64,000 nucleotides of DNA. Source: a virus. The stretch spans positions 1 through 64,000 of IMG/VR virus record IMGVR_UViG_3300034063_001075, one strand, 5' to 3'. Both the position numbers and the translations under genes were made by a program. The notes under the pieces are model-generated. The model saw only the letters and a program-made list of their open reading frames with translations, was not told where the DNA came from and did no database searches. This document shows, piece after piece, positions 18,690 to 27,898 of the stretch (positions are counted from its first letter, which is position 1; every line of letters begins with the position of its first letter).

Positions 18690-20392
18690 AAAGGACGGGT
18701 TCCCTCCAAATATACTTTCAATCCTTTTCCTGCAAAAGAGCCGCCGACCTGTTGGACAAAAATGTTGAGCGCAATTGGTTGATCACCAAATATAGTCATG
18801 CTGTCAATGCTTGAAGCATGAGTTGTTCCGGCTGCTATAGTTACAGTTGCTAAATTATTAGTCCCCTGACGAAGATGCACGATTAGCGAAGATCCAGTCG
18901 GGGCTTCAGTGACCGAAGCACGGAAAGTCGAGAATTCCCACTCGAAAAAGTTGGTGAACACGAGCTTTTGTCCAGTAGTCAAAGGGGATGACTCGTTCGA
19001 ACAAGCGGCGATGATTTGGTAAGGGACGTTTTCGACAGGAGGATAATACTGTATGAGACTCCACCCGTTTACGGTATCCCAGACTATAGTCGCCCACTGA
19101 AACTTGGTACTCGCAAAGGCGGGGTCTAACTCCCCGAATTCCGTCTTAGTAAGAACGTTGGGTTTGTTAAGAATCTCCGCATCACCCGAAGTTGCGTTCC
19201 AGTCGGCCTTTGGAATATTCGCAATGTCCCGTCCATCAATATTCAGCCGATTACCCGGCCCTAAGTCCTGCCAATATACCGGATCGGTTACAGGTATAGA
19301 TTCATTGTCGAATTTCGCCCGATAAATCCGCCCTCCTGAATGCACTACATCCCCCGCAAGGTAGCGGGTTCCGTCAACAAGTGTATGGTTGGCAGTCCAC
19401 GGAACGGCGGCGTTGAAATAGAGGTCGTCGTGATTGTGGGCAGAAGGCGGAAACGAGGAGGGTTTATTTAGGATCTGCGCGTCCCCCGAGTTGGCGTTCC
19501 AATTAGCCTGCACGTTTGGACTGATCTCACTGTAAGAAGTGCCGTTCCAGACATATACTTTACCGTTGTCTGAAGTCACATACACGGAGCCACCTTGAGA
19601 AACAGCAACGCCAGTTGTAGGAAGAGCGGCAAAATTGGCTACGCTAACAAGTATATCCAAAGCGTCTCGTTGAGCTTGTGCATTTGCGGCAAGCAACAAA
19701 GCGCGGCCTGCGGCGGTGCTGTCGGAGATGGCCGAGGCGGGGTGAGTATGCTTTGAGGGGTTCTTGATCGACCAAGTGACGGGAGTGCTACCACCACCGA
19801 CTGCAACCAGTTCGACAGTCTCTCCATCAGCCAGAGTTATCAGGTCTGTAAAGCCAGTGCCGTATTGCGGACTCCCTTGGGGGGCGACTACCTCATATTG
19901 TCTGAGAACAACGCTCCACGGCCCACCAGCGTGAAACTGCGCGTTGTGGGTAAAGGTCAGGGTATCTCCGGGCTGCGCCCCATCATTCGACCTTGGCAAA
20001 GTGACCTTTCTGTTTTGTGAGAAGTTGTATGAGTTAAACGTGATAATTTGGTTCCTTCCGGCATTCACTACGGAATTGGCATTTGTCGTCCCCCCGATAT
20101 CGAAAGATATTCTAGACTCTTTCTGCCCTAGCGCGGTCTCCAACCCGGTCACTTCGCTTATGCTGGCCGCGACTACCTTCTCAACGAAATGCGAGTTATC
20201 GACACCGTCTTTGAACCAATACTCCACGACAGAGTTGCCGCTTTTGATACCGACGGTTAAGCCCTGATAACGTAAGCCGGACGAGAGGTCAGCGAGCGCG
20301 AGCGCGGTAGTATCGTAAGGCCCGTACTTCGCATCGATGGGTTTAGGGGAGCCAACGACTACGCCGCTTGAAAGTTGAATTCCAGTAGGCAT
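18686..20392 (-). CDS. Tail fibre protein
   Basis: HTHPASAI and HNHDDLY metal-knot motifs, duplicated A(N/D)WNAxSGDAxILNKP, C-terminal APTGSSL...AGKGLKVYL. Confidence 0.7.
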   Translation of the reverse strand: MPTGIQLSSGVVVGSPKPIDAKYGPYDTTALALADLSSGLRYQGLTVGIKSGNSVVEYWFKDGVDNSHFVEKVVAASISEVTGLETALGQKESRISFDIGGTTNANSVVNAGRNQIITFNSYNFSQNRKVTLPRSNDGAQPGDTLTFTHNAQFHAGGPWSVVLRQYEVVAPQGSPQYGTGFTDLITLADGETVELVAVGGGSTPVTWSIKNPSKHTHPASAISDSTAAGRALLLAANAQAQRDALDILVSVANFAALPTTGVAVSQGGSVYVTSDNGKVYVWNGTSYSEISPNVQANWNANSGDAQILNKPSSFPPSAHNHDDLYFNAAVPWTANHTLVDGTRYLAGDVVHSGGRIYRAKFDNESIPVTDPVYWQDLGPGNRLNIDGRDIANIPKADWNATSGDAEILNKPNVLTKTEFGELDPAFASTKFQWATIVWDTVNGWSLIQYYPPVENVPYQIIAACSNESSPLTTGQKLVFTNFFEWEFSTFRASVTEAPTGSSLIVHLRQGTNNLATVTIAAGTTHASSIDSMTIFGDQPIALNIFVQQVGGSFAGKGLKVYLEGTRPL

Positions 20393-21417
20393 TAGGTGGG
20401 GTTCCTTAGCTGAAGTGTTGTGTTGGAGTTAGTGAGCGGAAGAGGCGTAATGTGCATCTTGTACTCTACGGACCACAACGACGTAGCCACATCCTGTTGA
20501 GTAGCCACTGCGTTGAAAACAGACGTTATCGACCCGTTGTCCAAATCTGTGACGTAATACGTGGCTTTAGTAGTCAGCGCAGACTGATAAGCCACCCCGA
20601 GAAACTGATTGCTTAGGTTGTAGGGGACCGAAATTGTGCCACTCGCATCCCCAACGACTTTCGAAAGAACCGCTGACGTATGAATGGCCGTGGCATTACC
20701 TGCCATAATAGCTGCCTTAAACTGGGCGGGAGTAAATGAGACGGGAGACTTGAGGTAATACCACGGATAAACCCCGGTAATGATAGGTGAACTAGTGCTA
20801 TCCGATACAGTGCCGTTTGGTTGACCGACATTCCGGTCAGCATCAAGCGCAGTGCTAGCATTTCCTTTGTTATCGAAATACAACCCCGTTCCCGGCTGAT
20901 GAACCACAGTAACAGCCCAATTATTTGAACCGAGAACAACCGGGACGTTTCCTAACGAATGCGTCCCTACATTAGGGACGGGTGTCCCCATTGCTGTACC
21001 AGAATACGTGAAAGATATTGCGGGGCCTACTAGTTCAGGCCCTAAAGTGCCATTGCCGTTAGTAATACGCCCACGATCAAAAGTCGCCGTAAGCGTTCGG
21101 TTCACTACTGTGCCAACTTCCAAAACTCCTGAAAGCCCACTAACCGTGAGTGCAACAGACTTAGCTGTGCTTATAGAAGGAGAGACTGTCGGGAACAGAA
21201 TGACATCCAGAGCTTCCGAGAGCGTACGGGTCTTCCAAACGCTGGCTAATTCTGGGTCCGCTCCTCCGACTTCTGTGCTAAGAACGCTGTCTCCAACACC
21301 GCTAGCATACAGTAGGGAAGCGCTTTCCCCCGGAGGACCCTGCGGACCTTGTGGGCCGACCGTGTTTACCTGAACAACAGTCGCAGCGGTAGAGATAACT
21401 TCGATGACGTCAGCCAT
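20392..21417 (-). CDS. Virion fibre/decoration protein
   Basis: Short collagen-like GPQGPQGPPG followed by beta-rich Ig-like sequence. Confidence 0.55.
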   Translation of the reverse strand: MADVIEVISTAATVVQVNTVGPQGPQGPPGESASLLYASGVGDSVLSTEVGGADPELASVWKTRTLSEALDVILFPTVSPSISTAKSVALTVSGLSGVLEVGTVVNRTLTATFDRGRITNGNGTLGPELVGPAISFTYSGTAMGTPVPNVGTHSLGNVPVVLGSNNWAVTVVHQPGTGLYFDNKGNASTALDADRNVGQPNGTVSDSTSSPIITGVYPWYYLKSPVSFTPAQFKAAIMAGNATAIHTSAVLSKVVGDASGTISVPYNLSNQFLGVAYQSALTTKATYYVTDLDNGSITSVFNAVATQQDVATSLWSVEYKMHITPLPLTNSNTTLQLRNPT

Positions 21418-21776
21418 TATCTCGTAACCTCCGGTGTAACTTCAGAGGGGCCTTCCAAAATACGAAGAACTTCACCTGAAGGGGAAACTAACTCCAAGTC
21501 CCAAACACCAGACCCCGCTGGTATATTTTGGGTCAAAATAGCAGTGGAGAACATATCAATACGGCCAAGCGCTCCCTCGGCTTGTAGCGTGATGCCTCCG
21601 TTCTCAGTATTCCACGTCGCCCAAACTGTGTTTGAAGAATACGAAGGACGCATCATCGAACGGGCGGTCCATCCCGTCAAATTTACAGGCGTTGCATTAG
21701 ACGCAGTTGTCCCTGCCTTATAAATAAAGGTCTGCCGAAAAGTAGCGCCTTGATCGATTACGAGTTTATAAGTCAT
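21417..21776 (-). CDS. BppU-like beta-sandwich fibre-anchoring protein
   Basis: IDQGATF...PVNLTGWTAR...WDLEL...RILEG...PEVTR pattern. Confidence 0.65.
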   Translation of the reverse strand: MTYKLVIDQGATFRQTFIYKAGTTASNATPVNLTGWTARSMMRPSYSSNTVWATWNTENGGITLQAEGALGRIDMFSTAILTQNIPAGSGVWDLELVSPSGEVLRILEGPSEVTPEVTR

Positions 21777-21956
21777 GGGAGTCGTCTAACCATACTCTAT
21801 CTCGTTTATGTTTGCGAGAAGTTCGTGAACGTTTTTTAGATGAGTCGCGAAAAGAATAATTATGTGAGTGATTGCGAGACTCGCGACGATGCTCGTCGTG
21901 TCTGTACTCGTCGTCCTCGAAAAGCTCGCGGTCGCGAACGCGGGGCATAAACGAAA

Positions 21957-22247
21957 TTACGGCGTGGTGGGGCCGAATTTAAGTTTAAGCACTTCTTCGA
22001 TTCGTTTTGTGCGTTCGTCGATACGAATCAAAGTTTCCGCTCGCTCTGCCGCTGCTTTTTCGATGGCTGTGAGTCGCGCCTCTTGCCGCCCGTTTTCTTG
22101 GTTAATGTGCTGAATTTGGGTGGGTAAAACAATCCACCCATTCAACGCCACGAAACAGGTAACAAGAAGCGCGACCCCGGCGATTAACTCCCCGGCAGTC
22201 AAACGCAAGAGGTGTGTGGTACGAACCGCCTCCATTGTTATACTCAC
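21957..22247 (-). CDS. Single-TM coiled-coil protein (holin/lysis accessory-like)
   Basis: One hydrophobic helix followed by a coiled coil. Confidence 0.45.
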   Translation of the reverse strand: MSITMEAVRTTHLLRLTAGELIAGVALLVTCFVALNGWIVLPTQIQHINQENGRQEARLTAIEKAAAERAETLIRIDERTKRIEEVLKLKFGPTTP

Positions 22248-22606
22248 CCGACAGCTTCGTCTTTCGCGTCAGCGAAGCCCTTTTCAACCGCCGCCATGAA
22301 GTCAGGATCAGCAGGCTCTTCTTCCGCAACTTCAGCCTCTTCGGGTTCTGGAGCAGAAGCTGTAACGGGCAAGCCGTCGATAGCTTCCAAAAGAAGTTTT
22401 CCGCCAGACATCTTCACAGTTGCTAGCACGTCGAAGGGGCGCTCGTCGCCTGCTTCTTCCGGAGCCTCAAAACCAGCGGGGACGGGAATCTCAATAGCTG
22501 AGCCCTCATTCATCTCCGGGGTTTCTGGGGTTTCTTCCGAAGCTGCGGCCATCGCATCCTCCAAACCCGGCATCTCCTCCGGGGCCATTTCGGTGTCTTT
22601 AGCCAT
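22244..22606 (-). CDS. Acidic hypothetical protein
   Basis: 120-aa Glu-rich ORF following the capsid gene. Confidence 0.55.
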   Translation of the reverse strand: MAKDTEMAPEEMPGLEDAMAAASEETPETPEMNEGSAIEIPVPAGFEAPEEAGDERPFDVLATVKMSGGKLLLEAIDGLPVTASAPEPEEAEVAEEEPADPDFMAAVEKGFADAKDEAVG

Positions 22607-22624
22607 AAAAAAGTATTCGGTCGG

Positions 22625-22654
22625 AGTGGGGGCAGGCCGAAGCCCACCCCCACT
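22625..22654 (-). terminator. Stem-loop with cUUCGg tetraloop after the capsid gene
   Basis: Minus strand AGTGGGGGTGGGC-TTCG-GCCTGCCCCCACT, with a T-run shortly downstream. Confidence 0.6.
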
Positions 22655-22669
22655 AACAACCGATGTTAA

Positions 22670-23869
22670 TTAGGCCGTAACCGTTCCGGCGCGTTTGAAC
22701 CGGATGACGTAACCGTACTCAGGCTTAATCGGCTTGGAACCGTTAGACATAACCGAGCGGAAGTAACCGATCGTTTTGTCCGGATTCAAGACTCGATCCT
22801 GAATATTCAACCATTTGAAGTCACCTTTATAGGCAACTGCGTCGAATTTGGTGTTGCCGCCCGGAGCCGTGATCGGCTTCGGAACCATGCTCACAAACAC
22901 GTCGCGATGGTAGACAATGGCGTCCTCGAACTCTGCTAGCTCGTAAGCCGGATTAACGATCCAGCCGCGAGCGCTAGCCGAGGTGTCCTTGATGAACGGA
23001 TAGACCCGCACCCACTTGTTGCCAGCAGTGTTGCCAGTAACGAAGTTGTACCTCGGAGCGAAGTCGTCAACCATGTGGTAGAAACCACGGAAGCTGCGTT
23101 CGATGCCGAGAGGAGTGAGAAGCTCATTGGCGCGAGTCGAGTAACGGAAGTCGTAACGAACGTTACCGTCGTTGTCGCGAATGAGGTTCATCGAAGCCTC
23201 AGAACCGAGGATGACGCCGAACTCAGGGCGACCATCCGCACGACCGAGAGGATTCAGGCCAGCACCGTCGCGAACGAGGCGCAGGTAAACTTTATCCAAC
23301 TGGGCTTGGGTGAGGGTGGCGGTAGGAGCCGTTTCAGCAATAGTGCTGGCAAACGTCTGTGCGCCGTGGGTGGCAACGCCCTTGTTCTCAGAGAGACGGA
23401 CGTACTCGTTACGATAGCGCTCTTTCCAGCTATAAGCGACGTTCTCAGTGAGGATGTCGAAGATGTTGGAAAGCTGCTCCTTGCGTTTGAAGGAGTAGCG
23501 CAGGTCGTTGATACAGAGCGGAGGACTCTCCAACGCGGTCTGCTTGAGGTTGTAGGTACGCAGGTAATGAGTGAACTCAATGACCGAAGCCTGCGGAACG
23601 CAGTTCGCCGGATCGTTGACCACCGTATTGAAGGAAACGTCGTTCCACTTCGAGGTGATGTCACCACTGTTGTCAGAGACCGTAGGAAGCGAGCGACCGT
23701 AGGTGAGAACCGAAATGGTCTCGCCCATTTCATCGGGCCACGCTTCTTGTTTGGTCAGTTTGAGCCAGACGCTGGTGTCCAACGTCTTGCGATGGATGTC
23801 AGGGCCGATACGTCCGGCTTCTGCTTCCAGAATACTATTGATTTGATAATTGCTAAAGCTAGCAGGCAT
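22670..23869 (-). CDS. Major capsid protein
   Basis: ATG at 23869 after a strong SD (AAGGAGG); 399 aa; follows portal and scaffold; 3' hairpin. Confidence 0.8.
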   Translation of the reverse strand: MPASFSNYQINSILEAEAGRIGPDIHRKTLDTSVWLKLTKQEAWPDEMGETISVLTYGRSLPTVSDNSGDITSKWNDVSFNTVVNDPANCVPQASVIEFTHYLRTYNLKQTALESPPLCINDLRYSFKRKEQLSNIFDILTENVAYSWKERYRNEYVRLSENKGVATHGAQTFASTIAETAPTATLTQAQLDKVYLRLVRDGAGLNPLGRADGRPEFGVILGSEASMNLIRDNDGNVRYDFRYSTRANELLTPLGIERSFRGFYHMVDDFAPRYNFVTGNTAGNKWVRVYPFIKDTSASARGWIVNPAYELAEFEDAIVYHRDVFVSMVPKPITAPGGNTKFDAVAYKGDFKWLNIQDRVLNPDKTIGYFRSVMSNGSKPIKPEYGYVIRFKRAGTVTA

Positions 23870-24035
23870 AAAACCTCCTTTGTTGAGTGTGAGACCCGCA
23901 TACATCCGAAACACCACACAGCGCCCAGAGACGCGGGTTTGATTCAGTCGGATGAGCGATACCGACACCCCGGAAAGGGGCTGCGCTCTAAAATACTGTC
24001 AGTGGTTTTTACGACTCCACAGAAGTCGCGCAGGA

Positions 24036-24090
24036 TTGACTGCTCCTGCTAGCATGATGCAACCATCACATACCGCTAGCAGGATGTCAA
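24036..24090 (-). promoter_or_regulatory. Capsid promoter with inverted-repeat operator candidate
   Basis: Minus-strand TTGACA at 24085-24090; inverted repeat TCCTGCTAGC...GCTAGCAGGA flanked by TTGAC/GTCAA. Confidence 0.5.
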
Positions 24091-24098
24091 ATAATTTT

Positions 24099-25307
24099 TT
24101 AGGACCCTATTCCGGCTTCGATGGCATCCAAAAAGGAAAGACCTTCGGGGGCAGCAGGGACGCCACCATCAGAAGTTCCCGCACCCGCTTTTGGCTTACT
24201 CTTAGTGTACTTCGCCAAAGAAGTTTGCAATTCCTTAACTTTAGCATTGGCCTCTTTAACTTGACGGAGCACACCGGGCAAAAGAGCGGCTGCGAACGAG
24301 CTATAACTCTTCACATCGTTTGAAGCGTCTCCCAAAGTTGCGACTGCACTTCTAGCCATCTCGTAGGCCTTTGTCCGGTCAGACTCAGGCATATTCTTAA
24401 TGGGGCCGAGTTCGCTCAGCTTCTTCCAGACATCTTCAGAAGCCGAGAGAACTGCTTTTCGTTGTTCTGCGACGGTGGTTTCGTAAGCTTGCTTAGCCTC
24501 TGCCTGCTTCTGCGATACAAACTCTTTGTGATTATCGCGATACCAAGCTTTGCGCTCCATGATATTCCGCATCCCCCGAACCAGAAGATGAAGCTCCTGT
24601 TGGTCGAAAGTGTTCATGGAGGTGGCGACGTCTGTAAGCTCGTCGGAGGGTGTTCCCTTTTCAGCGCTCTCTTCAATAGCCCGCTCCAGAAGTCGTTTGG
24701 ACACGCTGTACTTCTCGGAAAGAGCACCCGCACTACGCAAGGTATCAACCAAAGGGCGGATGACCTGCTCTTTATACTCAGGGGTCGTCTCTACAGAGAT
24801 AGTGGACAGTTCGGTCGAAACCTCTTCCAGCTTGGATTTAAGGACTTTGTTCTCTTCAGCTAGCTTCTGGACCTGTTCCGTATCTGCTGGCTTTTCGGAA
24901 GGCGACTCTTTGAGTTTTTGAAGCTCGGCCTTGGTCGTTTCAAGCTGCTTGGACAACTCCCGGTTCTTGACGCGGTACTCTTTGAAAGCCCGTCTCGCCT
25001 CGACAGACATATTCGTCGGCTCCGTTTCCTCGGAAGTTTCTTCGGAAGATGACTCTGTTTTATCGTCGGCACTCTCTGACTTTTCGTCCGACTTTTCAGT
25101 TTCCTTGGCTTCCTCGGAAGTGGGCTCTTCGACGTTTTCTTCCCCAAAGACATTATCCAGACGATCCAACCACGACTCAGAAGAACTCGAAGAAGAGTCA
25201 GCGGTTTGAGAAGTCGCTTCGCTAGTGCTAGCAACATCGGATGTGGTTTGAGGAGTTTCGGAAACCGGGGCTTCCGACAACGGGGCTTGTGCATTTTCTG
25301 TGGACAT
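24099..25307 (-). CDS. Capsid scaffolding protein
   Basis: Acidic disordered N-terminus plus long coiled coil, between portal and MCP. Confidence 0.75.
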   Translation of the reverse strand: MSTENAQAPLSEAPVSETPQTTSDVASTSEATSQTADSSSSSSESWLDRLDNVFGEENVEEPTSEEAKETEKSDEKSESADDKTESSSEETSEETEPTNMSVEARRAFKEYRVKNRELSKQLETTKAELQKLKESPSEKPADTEQVQKLAEENKVLKSKLEEVSTELSTISVETTPEYKEQVIRPLVDTLRSAGALSEKYSVSKRLLERAIEESAEKGTPSDELTDVATSMNTFDQQELHLLVRGMRNIMERKAWYRDNHKEFVSQKQAEAKQAYETTVAEQRKAVLSASEDVWKKLSELGPIKNMPESDRTKAYEMARSAVATLGDASNDVKSYSSFAAALLPGVLRQVKEANAKVKELQTSLAKYTKSKPKAGAGTSDGGVPAAPEGLSFLDAIEAGIGS

Positions 25308-25313
25308 AAAGGT

Positions 25314-25601
25314 TTACTTGTTTGCTCCAGTTCGTCTCCAAGGCTGGAGGTCAACTGTTTCGGGTTTGATCGGCTGAACTGCCAAAGACTGGAAATTGCG
25401 AAGACACTCGAAATAGCCCTCTCGACGGGCGTTAATAAGAGCCCCGTGCTGAATCGGGTCTGTTCCCTGTGGAACAGGCTTCATAACTGGGAGCCCGTGG
25501 TCTCTCAAAACAGCGACGGCTTCCTGCATAACAGGATTCGCTAAAGCTTCTTTGAAGAGGATGACTTTATCCTCGTTCGCGTACCATTCCGCGAGGGTCA
25601 T
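25314..25601 (-). CDS. Small conserved head-module protein
   Basis: 95 aa between portal and scaffold. Confidence 0.55.
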   Translation of the reverse strand: MTLAEWYANEDKVILFKEALANPVMQEAVAVLRDHGLPVMKPVPQGTDPIQHGALINARREGYFECLRNFQSLAVQPIKPETVDLQPWRRTGANK

Positions 25602-25604
25602 AAA

Positions 25605-27866
25605 TTAAACAGAGGCGAGGTTGGATGCAGTTTCAGCGTCTTTCAGACTCATTTTCTGACGGGCTTCCGCCGCCCGAATAGACATTTTGGCTTCAGCGGC
25701 CTCCTGCATAAGCTGTAGTTTCAAGCGGTGCTCGGAGATTTTTGCTTCGAGTTGGGGGTCTACGGCAGGTGCAGCGGGGGCCGGAGCGCCGGAACCTGCT
25801 TGAGAAGCTTGGGCTCTACGGGCGGCTGCTTGAACTTTCTTGATCCCGTTGGTCACAATCTCACCCAGATTCTGCAAAGCTTTGCGGAGCATCGCAGCTT
25901 CTTCCGCGAGTAAGGCATCTTTCGAAGCTTCAGCGACGTGGGGTTCGGTATGTGCAAAGCAACGAGACAGGAAATCAATGACCTGCTCAACAGGGACCTG
26001 CCCCTGCTCAACAGCCCCAGCGACCATTGTCATCGCCTCAATGTGAACCCGCGCATGAACCATGTGGTTGTCGTTGGGGAGCACGGCCATGTCGCTGCCT
26101 GTCCGCATCACGGCATTTTCAATCTCTGCAAACTTAACATCCATCGGAGGCCTACCCTCGTCGGAAACTTTGGGCGCGTAGCGGCTAGCAGCCTCGTATC
26201 CAATTCTAGCAGCAAAGCGGTCACGAATCAGGTTCTTGCGACCAACGTCGTCCAACGACCCCAGCATCTCGGTAAACTCAGTGAGGGCCATCGTCCGCAT
26301 GGACTCGCTGCCATTACCGATTGCCCGAACAGCTTTAACTGAGGCGACGTCCACCGCATGAATTGCCTCACTAGGAACTCCGCGTTTGTGGCAACGCTTG
26401 CGAAAATCAATCACAGCGCGGCCACCGGGCTCCAACACGTTGTAGTCGCGGCGGATCAAACGGCTGACAACCGAACGAAGAAGACGAGTCCACGGCTCGT
26501 AAAACAGATTGAGGGACGCGGTGGAAACGCGATTCTGCGCCTGAAGCTGCGCTTGCACCTCAAACCGAGTGCGCTCTTTACTGCCAGCAAAATTCTCGCT
26601 GACGTTGTATTGGCCGACCTTCTTGGAAACAATGTCCGCCATATCGTTGAGGACAGGCAGCACGTTTTTCGAAAAATCAGGAACCGTACGCTCGGCGACA
26701 TCGAAGCCGGGGTTCAAAATCGCGTAGGGGCCGTAGTAGGAGAAGGCCAGTGAGTCGAGAGCGTCTTCGGTCTGCGGCACAATCAACAAACTGCTAGCGA
26801 GCATGGAGCCATCAACCAACTGGCTACGAAGGCGGTTGCTAACTTGGATATGTGGGAAAATGCGGTGACCCAAGCCTCGGATACTGTGATAGTAACCGTT
26901 GGTCCCAATGCCGTAAGGGAACACAACAAAGGCGTGGCTGGGCGATTCGAAGCGGGAACGGCAAGAATAAAGAAACGTGTTGTTCTTATCGTCAGCGTCA
27001 TCTTCTAAAGCAATGTAGTGGCTGACGGTCCCGTCAAACTCCTGAACCCAACCGTGAATAACGCGGACTTCAGATGAGGTGGCATACGAATGATACAAGT
27101 CGTTGTTTTTGACTTCCGTTTGAAACTGCTCCCAGTCTCCGTACCCAGACTCGCCCAAGTGTTTCGGCTGGGCCTCCATGATGGCTTTCTTCGTAGCCTC
27201 GACATCCCAACCTGCTTTGATCGCTGTTTCTTCGTCTTCGATATATCGGAACAACTGCTGAACTTGGAAAGACCTGCGAGCAACCGCGACTTCCAACTCC
27301 TGCTCGGAGGCCTGCGTTTTCCTCGGCATGAGGAAATCGCCAAGACCAATAACTTTCCAACGCCAATCTACGTCGTCCTCAAAAAGAGCAATCCCGACTC
27401 CGTGAGCAATAAAGTGATGTGCTAGCAACAGATAGTTGTAATGGAAGTCGGGCCAACTCCGGAGCAGGTGTGAAATCTCTTCGGCGATGATTGGTTCCCA
27501 TTCAGATCGTTGAGCTTCCGACCCAACGGTCGTTTTAACGGAGACCAAATTCTCCACCGCGTTGAGCAAATCCACATATTGGCCGACCGATGCTTCTAGC
27601 ATCGACGAAGCCTCATCGAAGTTCAGGTTACACCGGAACGATTGGCCTGTGGCCTGCAACTCGTTTTCATCATACGGGGGCTGACCATCGAACATCGCCT
27701 GCACTTCAGCACGATGTTCCGCAGCGCGGCGGTCGGCTTCACGAAGCCGTTGATAAATCTCACGTAAACTTTTCGCATCCTTGACGCGTGAACACGGCGG
27801 AATCCCCGACTCGGAATCGAGACCGGGGACGAGCAAATCAGAGGAATGGGAAACGAAGTCGCTCAA
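25605..27866 (-). CDS. Portal protein
   Basis: 753 aa directly downstream of TerL; ERTRFEV motif and Q/A-rich C-terminal helical barrel. Confidence 0.8.
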   Translation of the reverse strand: MSDFVSHSSDLLVPGLDSESGIPPCSRVKDAKSLREIYQRLREADRRAAEHRAEVQAMFDGQPPYDENELQATGQSFRCNLNFDEASSMLEASVGQYVDLLNAVENLVSVKTTVGSEAQRSEWEPIIAEEISHLLRSWPDFHYNYLLLAHHFIAHGVGIALFEDDVDWRWKVIGLGDFLMPRKTQASEQELEVAVARRSFQVQQLFRYIEDEETAIKAGWDVEATKKAIMEAQPKHLGESGYGDWEQFQTEVKNNDLYHSYATSSEVRVIHGWVQEFDGTVSHYIALEDDADDKNNTFLYSCRSRFESPSHAFVVFPYGIGTNGYYHSIRGLGHRIFPHIQVSNRLRSQLVDGSMLASSLLIVPQTEDALDSLAFSYYGPYAILNPGFDVAERTVPDFSKNVLPVLNDMADIVSKKVGQYNVSENFAGSKERTRFEVQAQLQAQNRVSTASLNLFYEPWTRLLRSVVSRLIRRDYNVLEPGGRAVIDFRKRCHKRGVPSEAIHAVDVASVKAVRAIGNGSESMRTMALTEFTEMLGSLDDVGRKNLIRDRFAARIGYEAASRYAPKVSDEGRPPMDVKFAEIENAVMRTGSDMAVLPNDNHMVHARVHIEAMTMVAGAVEQGQVPVEQVIDFLSRCFAHTEPHVAEASKDALLAEEAAMLRKALQNLGEIVTNGIKKVQAAARRAQASQAGSGAPAPAAPAVDPQLEAKISEHRLKLQLMQEAAEAKMSIRAAEARQKMSLKDAETASNLASV

Positions 27867-27898
27867 AGATTAAGAATTAGGCAGGTAACATATACCTA

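Noticed and set aside
23075-24052. 325-aa plus-strand ORF opposite the capsid gene, and similar antisense ORFs such as 46831-47859
   Set aside because: Antisense mirrors of strongly codon-biased genes, with no recognisable motifs
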